NCBI GenBank assembly: GCA_951406725.2
Contig: OX597816.1
Location: 42,966,001-43,030,000, forward strand
Direction of reading: 5' to 3'
Length of the DNA stretch: 64,000 nt
Source: Octopus vulgaris
Lineage: Eukaryota
Shown: in pieces, positions 1 to 13,000 of the stretch
How the letters are laid out: each line of letters opens with the position of its first letter
How positions within the stretch are numbered: position 1 is the stretch's first letter
The notes under the pieces: model-generated
The model's database searches: none
What the model saw: only the letters and a program-made list of their open reading frames with translations
What the model was told of the DNA's origin: nothing
Translations under genes and position numbers: made by a program

Positions 1-199
1 GGAGAAAGTGGGAGTATGTCTGGGTGTATATGCTGTTGCTTCTGCTTACTTGGTAAATTATTTCTGCGTTTACTGTGTAAATTAATATCTTGTAAAGAAA
101 ATGAGATTTGTTTTAATGATTTTAAGAAAAGAAGCCACAAGTGTGAAGAAATTATTCATTAAAACGAAGATAAAATATGATAATCGCTTTATCCGTCTC

Positions 200-262
<63 letters not shown>

Positions 263-961
263 AAAGTAGTGTTTTCCACAAAATCATTATCACTGGTCCA
301 TTACGCAAAATTGCTTGTACCTTTCCAAAGTTATCGTCTTAAAGTGAAAACTGAAGTTGCTAAGAAGACTGGGCAGAAGATGAAGATGTCTGCTTCTACT
401 CCTTTCAATCTTTCCCCGCGTACAATCTCTTTTCATGAAATCATCTGTCATAGGGAAGTTGACTGACATTCTTCATCAAAGGAAGACATCAAGTTGGTAA
501 TGACGTCCGACACAGCTGACAGCAGAAATCATATTATACTCGGTAGCAGCTGTCATACATTTTCACAAGAGAGCAATACTTGTTCATAAAACGAGTGCAG
601 AAAGGTATCATTATTATATATTTACGTACATCAGTGTTGCAGAGTATGAACGCGATACAAAGTTAAATATACGATATACGTATATGAAGAAACATTGGAA
701 GCATCGATTGTGTTCATATTTTACGGGCACGAAAATAAATTTTAAACGCAGTATAGCTGTGAATACAGCAGAGAAGAATTGGCAGCTTACCGTTATAAGA
801 CGGTAAAAGGAAAAAGTTTATAAGCATGGAGCTATGTGAATCGAACGTTGTGCTTCTCATCTACGAGAATCGAACGGTGTACGCCTCACTTAGTAAGTTG
901 TGTGCTCGACCAATAACCTAAACGGACCATTATAACACAGCATTGCCAATTTTAATACTAA

Positions 962-1099
<138 letters not shown>

Positions 1100-1689
1100 T
1101 AAGACGTAAACCCAGTGCCACCTGCTGAATGGTTGGGTCATCAGCGACTAAACTGGCAACCCTATCAACCTTGCTTCATGAGAACATTAACAGTTGGACA
1201 CCCAGCAGAACGAAAAATAACACCTGTAAAATAGCGGAAGAGCGCATGAGGAGTGAGCGGCTATCCAACAATATGTGTGCGTGAGGACGTGGAAATACCT
1301 GGGTTGGTAACCAGGGTCGCGGTGGGCCCACTGGGAATTTTGTCAGTGAACAGGTCGCGGTCTCAAAACGACGAAAATATTTTGGCAATTTAAATTTAAA
1401 TGTTGAAGTGAATCTAACGGTTTTTGTGTGTTTCTTAGATGCCTTATAAACACTTTCCACGCTGCAATTGTTTTCGTTCCAGCACACAATCTCAGTTCAG
1501 CTCAGCTCACTTGCTTTGCAAGCACATCTCCGTAATACATACATACATACATACATACATACATACATACATACATACATACATACATACATACATACAT
1601 ACGTACATACGTACATACATACATATATACATACATACATATATATGTATGTATGTATGTATGTATATGTATGTATGTATATGTATAAA

Positions 1690-2300
1690 AATACAAACTG
1701 GGACAAAAACGGAAAACATTTAGGAGACGATACCAAAACACGGACGGGACATTCGAAGTCTTCAATCTTCAGTCAAGAACCGGATCATCCTCGCAATTTC
1801 GGCTGATTAATCTTGAGATTGCTCCAATCTGGCCAGCCCCAAGGATAAACTATTAGATTCCTTGGAAAAAACTTCGAATATACACAAACCAAGGACGGAA
1901 AAACGGACGATGTTACACGAATATGAATACAAAAATGATATGTAAAAACAATAATAATAATACGTAGAAACAATAATAATAATAAAATAACAATAACAGG
2001 ACATCACAAACAGGTGTCTTTCGACTAGACGGATTAAACTCAGCTGGCGTGTTAGGAATGTGCCTTGGGGCAGAGAGAAAAAAATGTAGATGTTACCGCT
2101 ACGGCTGCTAGAACCCGAAAGGCCAGCAATCGGTCAGTCAGTCACGCGAGAAGGGCAGAGAGAGGAAAAGAGAGACAAAATAATTAATGAGGGGGAGTAG
2201 AGACAGAGAGCGAGAAAAAGAGACAGGGGCAAAGTGAAGTGCAAAGTAAGAAGGCGAAGAAAATTAGGAGAGCGGGGAGAGAGATAGAGTCGTTTGTATT
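1690..2300 (-). mobile_element. Non-coding Penelope-pLTR/retrozyme-like element related to the 56323-57459 element
   Basis: 1690-1880 aligns by eye with 56335-56570 (shared tcttcagtcaagaaccggatcatc and aatttcggctgattaatcttgagatt). It is followed by a GA-rich tract as in the 56 kb element and sits between microsatellites. Confidence 0.65.
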
Positions 2301-2303
2301 TTT

Positions 2304-2334
<31 letters not shown>

Positions 2335-2352
2335 GCGGCGTACTTCCCCTCT

Positions 2353-2437
<85 letters not shown>

Positions 2438-2674
2438 ATTTATATATATATAAATATATATATAGATAGATAGATAGATATAGATATATCTATATATAAT
2501 TGAGATTCAGTTGAATTAGTTACTTAGGTTGAAGTACCAAGTCAGTGCGGTATTGTCCGTACAACGGACAAAGTAAGACGTGAATAAAATCAAAATACAT
2601 ACATACATACTTTAATACATACACACATACATACATACACACATACATAAATACATACATTCATACATACATGC

Positions 2675-2709
<35 letters not shown>

Positions 2710-3203
2710 CATACGTACATACATACATGCATACATACATATATACATACATACATACATACATACATACATACATACATACATACATACATACATACAT
2801 ACATACATACATACATACATACAAGCATATGTATATGCTTTGATGAGTTTCCATCCGTTTGCAAGTTTAATTACATATAACTCTCCGATATTTATGGGCC
2901 ATACGCCTCTATTTCTGTAGATAAATATATCTATTCATTATTGGCATCTATGCTTCCGGAATTCTCCGCTTTCACTGCTGACAAACAACATTTTTCAGAG
3001 ATAGCATATTACAGATGTAGCTTTTGATTGCTCCCAGTTCCGCTACATAATGGCTATTCTTTCTGATATGAGACAAATCTGAAACACTCTCCATCCTTTG
3101 ATTGGTCCTCAATTCTATCTAAGCATTGTTAGATAGACAGACAGACAGCCTGGTAGATAGATAGACAGATAGATAGATAGACAGACAGATAGATAGATAG
3201 ATG

Positions 3204-3295
<92 letters not shown>

Positions 3296-3471
3296 TAGAG
3301 AAACAGACAGACAGATAGATGGAAATATAGACATATTAGTAGACCCTAAATAGACGGTCGCAAGGATGAAATTAAATAGAGATATGAAAAAAGAGAAAAC
3401 AGAGACAGAGGTAGGAGTTGTTATGAAATAGAATTAAGGAAAGACAACTAATACCCGTCTAATATGGAAAG

Positions 3472-3511
<40 letters not shown>

Positions 3512-3515
<4 letters not shown>

Positions 3516-3778
3516 AATAAATCTTAGAGCGAGTTATAAACAGTAGCTGCAACACATCGTGACTTATATTTGCCATTTAAATATGGCTAACCACTAAGGG
3601 GTCAATACCCAGAAACTCGAGTCCGTGTGTATCATAAGTCGGAGACGGGAAGGATGGCATCCCTTTGCAAATACTGATAGGGCACAGAAAGTGTGTCTAT
3701 AGCCAGCTGGAGGAGGTGTCCTCCCGGGGCTACAAACTACAGTAGCATCCACACTTATATTTAAATGGCAAATATACG

Positions 3779-3782
<4 letters not shown>
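3512..3782. mobile_element. Penelope-like pLTR fragment with inversion, inserted in (TA)n
   Basis: 26-bp inverted repeat 3559-3584/3757-3782 (1 mismatch). The 3' half of a hammerhead, GAAACTCGAGTC, lies at 3612-3623. (TA)n on both sides. Confidence 0.55.
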
Positions 3783-3809
<27 letters not shown>

Positions 3810-3823
3810 TCGTATATAATGAT

Positions 3824-4051
3824 AATGGTAAAAATTTCAATTCCTTGGATGACGCAAAATATACCTTGCTGAATTCTTTGCCATGAAACCACCTCAATTA
3901 TGGAAAGAGGGTATTTTCAAGTTAAAGGAAAGACGGAGACGCATTGTGCAACAAAATGTTTCATATTTGGTTGATTAAAAATGTAATGGCATGCATTTAT
4001 CGACCTTTTTCTTTCCTTTAAAAATCGGCACGAACTTTCCGGACACCCCAA
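3824..4051 (+). mobile_element. mariner transposon 3' end (transposase C-terminus and TIR)
   Basis: Translates to FFAMKPPQLWKEGIFKLKERRRRIVQQNVSYLVD* (mariner F..GI..L..RW..IV..NG.Y motif). Ends in TIR-like aaaatcggcacgaactttccggacaccccaa followed by TA. Confidence 0.85.
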
Positions 4052-4477
4052 TATATAGAGAATGTGCAGAATCCCCTCTGGTATACATGTGTGTCTATGT
4101 GTGTTTTGACGGACGGGTGCTACGTGTTGACTGTGTATGCATGAGTGGGTGTGTATTTATTTAGATACAAAAATCTGTGCATTAGACGAATATACAAACA
4201 AACCATTCTGGTGTGGTGTTTTGGTGCTCAATCCTCTTTCAGTTCCCTCATATTGGAAGGTCGATAAATAATAATCAATTAAACTATTGGGTTAGCAATT
4301 ATCTGTTATATATTTATATATTTGGAGATCTTGCGGCATCATGACTGCAGTTTGTTGACTCATACCAAAATAAGTTAATCTAATTTAATTGACACATAGA
4401 TGTGTACATGCATACATAATGCATACTTACATGCTTGTACCTACACACACAGACACACACTCACATACATATATTTG

Positions 4478-4781
4478 TTATTGGCAACGGAAGCAAAGTT
4501 AGTTCAAAATAGTGTTCTGTGTATTAAACTAAAGAAATCTATACCATTGAAAGCCTGGAGACTGCTGTATTCGTCTCGAAAAAGTGTCTCATATAGACAA
4601 ACATGATGTTGCAGACGAAAGTTTTCGAGATACATGATTGGTTACTATAATGTCTATAAGCATATAAGAGTTGCTTTCTCGAAAAGAATACCGCAGTTTA
4701 GAAGGCTTTTTGACTATGTATATATCTTTAGTATGTATATAAATAATTTGTTTTGATTAATTCTACTTCCGTTGCCAATAA
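4478..4781. mobile_element. Palindromic MITE-like element
   Basis: Perfect 16-bp TIR ttattggcaacggaag (4478-4493) / cttccgttgccaataa (4766-4781), plus an inner imperfect inverted arm (about 4550-4584 vs 4675-4710). A partial extra arm copy lies at about 5024-5060. Confidence 0.75.
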
Positions 4782-5185
4782 TGAAATTTCAATACAGTCT
4801 GTTGCTAAATGCGACGTTAGTGATCCTTCCATCAACGTTTAACTTTATCAACTATCGTCAGATGTTTGCTTCCTACATGGTGACAGTGGATATTTGATAA
4901 TGATGAAACTAAAAGTTGCAGAAATCCGTAACTAGCAATGTCACTATAACTGTTGATGTGGTTACCTCCTCTTGCTGCCAAAATTGTCTATTTTATTGAC
5001 ACTATACATTTATTAGAGATGCTTCCTCGAGATGAATACCACAGTTTAGATGGCTTTCAAAGGTACGCAGATTTGCCTATGAGTGTATGTGAGTGTGTGT
5101 ATATATTATCATTATTATTATAAATACCATTATTATTACATGTATAGATGTGCGTACATATATACTTATATGTATATATATATAT

Positions 5186-5260
<75 letters not shown>

Positions 5261-5312
5261 TAGATATATATCTGTAAATGGTATGAATTTTAGCCTCCTA
5301 GCAGTTTTCCGA

Positions 5313-5386
5313 TGGCCGGATAACTGAAGAGATGGCGGCGTGGATTTCCACCTCGGCATCCGAAACTCGGAGTTTTATCATGGCTA
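5313..5386 (+). ncRNA. Type I hammerhead ribozyme motif in a pLTR-like cassette
   Basis: Stem I GAUAA/UUAUC (extendable), core CUGAAGA 5324-5330, stem II GAUG..GUGGA/UCCAC..CAUC, GAAA 5362-5365, near-palindromic stem III ACUCGGAGU, cleavage triplet GUU 5372-5374. Confidence 0.85.
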
Positions 5387-5489
5387 CAGAATAATTGTCA
5401 CATATTACATTTACAGATAAATTCCTCTATTTACATGATATCAAGGTCCTTTCTTTCTTTTGTTGTCTTACCATTTATATCAATATATA

Positions 5490-5532
<43 letters not shown>

Positions 5533-5869
5533 TCTACAAATTACACAGCCCAAGTGAAATCGAGAGGAAAATCAGAGAAAAGAATTTTATTGATAAATTC
5601 GAACCCAAGCTAAATAAGCAATAATAATAATACTTAGAGGTATTATACTGCTACGACCATGACCACTAACAACAACAACAATACTAAAGGTGATCAAGAC
5701 GAAGATAGCAGGAAAATTATCTTATTTAGGGTTAAAAGTTCTATTGCCACCACCATCACCACTAGCAACAATAATTAAGGTGCTGACAATGATGATGATG
5801 ACAATTGAAATATAAAAATATAAAAATCTCTGACAAAGGATATTTATAAAAATAACCCAACAATTGCTG

Positions 5870-6275
5870 CTTCGGCCAGGGTCAAGATACAGGACTCTTG
5901 ACCTGTCCAACAAAGCGTGATGCCTAAACCAATCAGCTCAACCAACCAATCAGCTTAAGTAATTGAGTGATACTACACACTGATTGGTCAGAATACAGTT
6001 TGCAAAACCTAGCACTCTGAGCCTACCCAGCTGTATTTATAGCACAGAATCACTCATCTTGCTACAGTCAAAAATTGTGAAGCATGACTGTCAACACTAC
6101 TACATGAACCCGAAGATTGCAGAATTCAATGCATGAAAGTACTAGTTCAATCAGAATGAATATTTAACATTCTATATTTCATTTTATTTTACTCAATTAT
6201 AATATATTATCTTATAATATATCATTATAAGATTGTAAATAAAACGTGAAAATCAGACAAGGTTGGAATTCTTTT
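5870..6275 (+). mobile_element. Penelope-like pLTR (promoter-like boxes, HHR, AATAAA) ending in (TA)n
   Basis: CCAAT at 5929 and 5946, ATTGG at 5983, TATTTATA 6034-6041, HHR motif 6105-6149, AATAAA 6238-6243. Confidence 0.6.
6105..6149 (+). ncRNA. Minimal type I hammerhead motif (U4C substitution)
   Basis: Stem I UGAAC/GUUCA, core CCGAAGA 6110-6116, stem II UGCA/UGCA, GAAA 6135-6138, palindromic stem III AGUACU, triplet CUA. Confidence 0.8.
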
Positions 6276-6332
<57 letters not shown>

Positions 6333-6624
6333 TATATATGTATATATATATATGCTTAAGTGTTTTTGTATGCGGGTGGGTTTGTGTATGTGAATGTGCG
6401 CGTGTCTTCATGTTTGTTACTCCACCACCACCAACAAGCAGCCGGTATTGGACTGTTTACTTCCTCTTAGCTGAGCAGTCTGGTAAAAGTGTTAAAAAAT
6501 AAGTACTTTTGAAAAGATTTCGCCGCATTCCAATGACTAAAACAAGCAGAAGTTAAAAAATATTTATAAATGAAAGTGGTTCGTTGTATTATTATTATTA
6601 TTAATATTAATATTATTATTATTA

Positions 6625-6952
6625 TTCAGTAGTTTTATTTTTATAGCGTGCTTTCACTTCACTACCGAGCGCAGCTCTGTGTGCCTTTGGGTATGTGCTG
6701 TGATTTGTTGTGATGCTCTGATGGTTATTGTGTGGAAAGTGTTCTGCGTGGGATGTGTGCAGTGCCTAGTAGTGCAATTTTCTGTATGTTATATGTGTTT
6801 GTAAGTCCTGGTGTTTTTGTTATGTATTTGTCTGAATATTTTTTTATCATGCCTAATGCACCTACTATGATAGGAATTGTTTCTGTTTTCAGATTCCACA
6901 TTCTAGTTACCTCTATTTCCAGGTCTTTGTATTTTGAGAGTTTCTCCATTTC

Positions 6953-6957
<5 letters not shown>
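6625..6957 (-). mobile_element. R4/Dong-like non-LTR retrotransposon 3' end (restriction-like endonuclease C-terminus)
   Basis: ORF 6725-6949 reads EKLSKYKDLEIEVTRMW...IPIIVGALG...IQKIALLGTAHI, typical of the R4/Dong clade. Embedded in (TAA)n on both sides, the known Dong target. Confidence 0.85.
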
Positions 6958-7016
<59 letters not shown>

Positions 7017-7129
7017 TATCATTGTTGTTGTTGTTGTTATCGTTGTTTTGTTGTTATTAGATATGTATGTTTGTATACACAGATAGAAAGACAAATATGT
7101 TATAGTTGATGAAGAAGTATGAAACACAA

Positions 7130-7298
7130 GGCGCAGGAGTGGCTGTGTGGTAAGTAGATTGCTTACCAACCACATGGCTCCGGGTTCAATTCCACTGCAT
7201 GGTACTTTGGGCAAGTGCCTTCAACTATAGCCTCGGGCCGACCAAGGCCTTGTGAGTGGATTTGGTAGATGGAAACTGAAAGAAGCCCGTCGTATATG

Positions 7299-7330
<32 letters not shown>

Positions 7331-7571
7331 AGTGTGTGTGTGTGTGTGTGTGTGTATGTTTGTGTGTCTGTGTTTGTCCCCCCAACATCGCTTGACAACC
7401 GATACTGTTGTGTTTATGTCCCCCGTCACTTAGTAATTCGGCAAAAGAGACCGTGAGAATAAGTACTGGGCTTACAAAGAATATGTCCTGGGGGGTCGAT
7501 TTGCTCGACAAAAGGCGGTGCTCCAGCATGGCCGCAGTCAAATGACTGAAACAAGTAAAAGAGTAAAAGAG
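7130..7571 (+). mobile_element. tRNA-derived SINE family A, full length
   Basis: A-box tggctgtgtggtaag, B-box gggttcaattcc, internal (TA)n(TG)n, 3' end gactgaaacaagtaaaagag. More than 10 near-identical copies in the window. Confidence 0.9.
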
Positions 7572-7750
7572 CAAGAGAGCCCGCACCAGCGTATATGACT
7601 GAACTTTGACGTGGACTATGCAAATTAAACAAGCTTTCATTATTTCTTTTACAAATAATTACATATTTCTAAGTATATCTAATTCGCTTTCTGTAATCTT
7701 GTTTTATTTATATATCATATTGTCCATAATATGTGAATATAAATATATGA

Positions 7751-7781
<31 letters not shown>

Positions 7782-8996
7782 TATACGTGAGTGTGTGTGT
7801 GTGTGTGTGTTGTTTGTATTGAACATGTTTTATATCAATCTTTCCTTTCCTCGTTTAATCTTTGCTGATATTTTTGCTCACCAATCACAACTAGGAATCG
7901 ATTTTCGATGCGATATATGTTATGCCGTTTGGTCAGAGGCCAGTATATAAGTGACCTGTCGAGACGTAAGGAAATCGAAATTCTATTAACCGATTACCTG
8001 TCTGGAGGTGAAATAGATTTATTTCGAGAGTTCGCGAGGAAAATAGATTTCTCGAGCTGTCAAGCCTGGCATTTGAACGATTAACGAAACAAACGACTTC
8101 CTGTGTTTGATCAAAATGTTCCTTATCCCATTTGCTTCTAAAGTGAATAGTGTTCCTGCTTACATGTGCAGACAATAACGTTCGCCTATATTCCTGTACG
8201 TGTTTCTGTGTGCGCGCGAATGTGTGTGCGTGGGTGTGGTACATATGTTGAGGAACTGAAATGCAGAGAGCAAAAGAAAGAGTAAATGAGTAAGTGTGAG
8301 TGGGTGTGATGTTATGGGCTTGCATGTATCTGTGTATGCGTATATGCGTGCGTGTGTGAGACAGAGAGAGACAGAGACAGAGAACTCATGAGTTCCAAAT
8401 GAGAACTTTTGTACTCACACTCGGTTACACACAAGCACAAACACATACACGAAAACACACACACACGAAAACATACACACACACATACAATCATTACACA
8501 CCCACACACATACAGGCACCACTCACTCATACACACATGGTCGTATACACACTCACACACATATACAAAAATCTATGTGTGTATATATATATGTATATGT
8601 ATATAAATATATGGACATATATACATTTGTGTAAATGCAAATTTATTTATATATATTCATGTGCATGTAAGTATATATACAGATATATATGCATACATAT
8701 ATATACATATATATATATATATGTAAGTATATATGTAGATATATGTATACATATATAAATATATATATACATCTATATATATATATATATATATATATAT
8801 GCATACATATATAAATAAATATATTTCATATAAATATATATATATATACATATATGTATTGATATATGCATATATATATATGTATGTATATATATGTAAT
8901 TATGTATATATGTGTAGATAGATATAGATATATACATATATATTTATATATACAGGTATATGTCCTTGTATATATATATATATATGTGTGTGTATT

Positions 8997-9028
<32 letters not shown>

Positions 9029-9398
9029 TTCTATAAACAGGCACAATAGATGAGACCGTTGGTAGCAGACGCAAAATATTATAGCATTATCAAGTTTCCC
9101 AATTCTCAATGGATGCTAAAGGCGAGTTTCACTGATACTTGTATTTGATAACCCAATCTTAGGCACAACCATGTACAATGTGCAGAAAACGCCCACACAG
9201 TTTAACACTCACAATTATAATAATCAAATCATTCACTAATAATAATCTATTGTGTTTTCTGCAATTCAGTACGTTTAAAAATATTTGCTGGGCCCCTGGT
9301 AAACATCACCTATATTCATTCATATATATATATATATATATATGGTGGTGCTCCAGCATGACCATAGCTGAAACGAGTAAAAGAGTAAAAGAGTAATA

Positions 9399-9482
<84 letters not shown>

Positions 9483-9980
9483 CGTACATATATACGTATA
9501 AATATTTAGGTAAACAAACAGACAGAAAGATACATAAGACACATACATATATATATGTATATATATATATACTTATATATATATAAATAGTTGTAATGAA
9601 CATATTTATGTATAAGCATATATACTATATATATCCTTTATGTCTGCATGCATATATGTATGTATGTATCCATATATGTAAGTATCCATGTATTGACGCA
9701 TGAGAATATCTATTCATTTCTTTGTGTCAGTACATATATATGATTACTGGATATTCATAAATGTGTAACTGTATGCATATGTCATGTACATGTAGTAGTA
9801 AATGTGACTGAGCTTCATGCATATCCGATAATACTTGTGTGTATATGCGTATTTTATGCATGATTATGAGACAGATAAAAACATTGCCTAAACACACTAA
9901 TATGAATATACGTAAATAGAAATGTATATGCATATATATGTGTGTATAGTTAGATGTCAATCATTAGATAGATCTGTATG

Positions 9981-10155
9981 AAGCTTCCTTCTCAATCACA
10001 TGGTTCCAGGTTCAGTCCCACTAATTTTAACCTTGAGGAAGTGTCTTCAGCTAAAACATCGGGTCGACCAAAGACATTTGAGTGGATTTTGTTAGACAGA
10101 AACTGAAAGAAACCCATCGTGTATATATGTGTATATAAATGTGTATGTATGTACG

Positions 10156-10241
<86 letters not shown>

Positions 10242-10363
10242 TGTGTGTATAGTGGTTGTATCCTGTCAACTGAAAGTGACAGTCCCGTAAAGGGAATTAC
10301 ACTACCGCTATTTAGCCCTAGGAAGCATCGACGCTTCCTGTCGGCCTTGACACATTTCTTGTG

Positions 10364-10436
<73 letters not shown>

Positions 10437-10695
10437 ATGTACGTATGTATCTATGGATGTATATGTCTGTATGTTTGTTTATATCTATGTGTATGCGTCT
10501 TTGTGTCTGTGTTGCTCCATCACCGCTTGATAATCAGTGTTGGTGTGATTACGTCCTTGTAACTAAGAGGTTCGACAAAGAGACGGACAATGTAAGCGCT
10601 AGGCTTGAGAAAGAAGTCCTTGGTTCGATTTGTTGGACTGAAGCCCATGAAGTCGGTGCCCCTGCATGGCCACAGCCAAATGTCTAAGAGTAAAA
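9981..10695 (+). mobile_element. SINE family A, diverged, with a foreign insert at about 10250-10345
   Basis: Head and tail match family A. The central microsatellite is interrupted by about 95 bp resembling the reverse complement of 3690-3760. Confidence 0.8.
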
Positions 10696-10736
10696 TAATA
10701 CTTATGTTGATCATTAGTTTATTATTCTTTAAGAAG

Positions 10737-10955
10737 AAGGCGGCGAGCTGGCGGAATCGTGAGCACACCGGGCAAAACGCTTAGCGATATTTCGTCTGCT
10801 TTTACGTTCCGAGTTCAAATTCCATTGAGATCGACATTGCCATACATCCTTTCGGGATGGATAAATTAAGTACCAGTTGCGTACAGGGTTCGATCTAATC
10901 GACTCGCCCTATCCCTCATAATTTCACGCCCTGTGCATATAACAGACAAGATTAT
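10737..10955 (+). mobile_element. tRNA-derived SINE family B (Meta/Sauria-like core)
   Basis: Head aaggcggcgagctggc, B-box gagttcaaattcc, core catcctttcggg..taagtaccag resembling the MetaSINE central domain. Confidence 0.8.
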
Positions 10956-10990
10956 TCTTTAGCAAGAATAATTACTATAACATTAATACA

Positions 10991-11018
<28 letters not shown>

Positions 11019-11028
<10 letters not shown>

Positions 11029-11092
11029 AATTAAGGACTGAACACGAAAAGGTGTCCACCTTTTCGTGTTCAGTCCTTAATTGGTATATATA
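11019..11092. repeat. Perfect 36-bp-arm palindrome with a 2-nt loop
   Basis: ccaattaaggactgaacacgaaaaggtg TC caccttttcgtgttcagtccttaattgg (28-bp unique arms) plus 8 bp of (TA)n on each side. Confidence 0.95.
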
Positions 11093-11184
11093 AATATTTT
11101 AATCTTCGGATTCTTTTTAATTTGCTAGACCACTGGTTTTAATTGACTAACATCTTAATTTTTAAATATATATATATTATTTAA

Positions 11185-11228
<44 letters not shown>

Positions 11229-11229
11229 C

Positions 11230-11319
<90 letters not shown>

Positions 11320-11348
11320 CCGACAGACAGACAGACATACAGACAGAC

Positions 11349-11418
<70 letters not shown>

Positions 11419-11431
11419 TTATACATATGCA

Positions 11432-11878
11432 TATAAGGGTAGAGGACTTCACCAACAGTAAACAACATGAAATACAAAAGCATGTGTTCAATATGCAAAC
11501 AACGAGAGAAACAATGGAAAACAGGACAAGTAACACAAAGAACGACCCTTCAGCAGGTGTCTACTGTCTGTCTACTTCTCAGTTCGATCATTGAACGACA
11601 ATATGAGAAGGCAGTTGTTCCTATAGGTACCAAAATAAATTTTTGGATTTATGGAGGGTCAAATTTGGGAAGAAAAACAGAACAGTGGAAACATACAAGG
11701 AAATCGAACGGAAACAAACATAGAGGATCTTTGGACCAGAACGAGGGTAAAATAGCGAACGCTGGAGAAATATTTCCTTTGACAAGACAAAAAGATAGAA
11801 GAGAGTGATAAGATAAGTCCAGTCCTTATGACAGTCCTGAAAGAAAAGAAAGACGATTACGTGAGGAAAACAAAGATA
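11432..11878 (-). mobile_element. Degenerate pLTR-like non-coding element
   Basis: The minus strand reads ..cgaact...ctgctgaagggtcgttctttgtgttacttgtcctgt, resembling the motif block of the 62667-64000 element. Strong purine/pyrimidine strand skew. Confidence 0.45.
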
Positions 11879-12080
11879 GACGGGAAAAATATCAATTCTG
11901 TAGACGAGGTCAGAACAGTACTGCGAGAGTATTTTTCGTCACGGTCAAGTGTTTTTTGGACGAGGGGCCTTGCAAGTCTACCAGATAGATGGAAGAGCAT
12001 TGTAGAAAACGAAGGAGAGTATATTTCAGGTTATAATAAAAGAAGTATAAAAAAAAACATATTATTATGGGATGACCTAA
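11879..12080 (+). mobile_element. mariner transposon 3' end
   Basis: DGKNINSVDEVRTVLREYFSSRSSVFWTRGLASLPDRWKSIVENEGEYI (mariner C-terminus), then TIR-like attattatgggatgacctaa followed by TA. Confidence 0.85.
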
Positions 12081-12282
12081 TATATATTTATATATGTGTG
12101 TATGTCTGGGTTTGTGTTTGTGTATCTATGTGTATACATATATTTATTACTATATGTGCTCGTATTCTGTCTAAAAATGTGTTATTAGTGATATGTAGTG
12201 TTTGTGTATCAAAGGATCAGTGACTGTATTACTAAGAGAGAGAGAGAGAGAGAGAGAGAGAAATTCGAGAGAAAAAGATTTG

Positions 12283-12323
<41 letters not shown>

Positions 12324-12426
12324 TGATTGATAAAGACTGATAACATTCGTGAAAGAGAAAGTGATTGATTTTATATGTATCATGTTTACATCTAAGTGCA
12401 TGAACATGTATGTGGTAATGTATGTT

Positions 12427-12497
<71 letters not shown>

Positions 12498-12962
12498 GCA
12501 TAGTATGTCTGCATGCAGTGTATGTATCTTCACTTTAATGTGTTCTATACAATCTGATACACTGATGTGTATGTGAATGTGTAGACCGCATTCTCGGTCC
12601 TCACATTGATTGATCTTCCTCCGTTAATTTGAAGATATATTGATCACGATAACACTATCAATCGTTTATCAATGTTTAACACAGTCAATATTGAAAGGTC
12701 AATGTTAGTTGTTACCGATTTCGTTGCTTTATGGCTCCCCGAAGCATTTTTCTCTTTTGCGAAACTTCATCGTAACTGCAATCGTGAAACAATATCATAG
12801 CTTTCGCAATATCCATCGATCTTATAACCTATTTTCCTTCCTCGTCATCCAACCCCTTTCTCTCTCCCACTTTACTATCTCATTTTCCGCTCTTCCTTTT
12901 TTCTCTCCGTCTCTCTCTCCCTCCCTCTTCCTTTCTCGGTCTCTCCGAATATGTGCGCGTGA

Positions 12963-13000
<38 letters not shown>

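Noticed and set aside
321-469. Possible minus-strand exon (MSVNFPMTDDFMKRDC.. ending at AG/GTACAA)
   Set aside because: Short, no recognisable homology, weak donor site and no supporting neighbouring exon.
1100-1500. GC-richer segment with gggtcgcg motifs suggestive of a hAT end
   Set aside because: No matching TIR pair or TSD could be identified.
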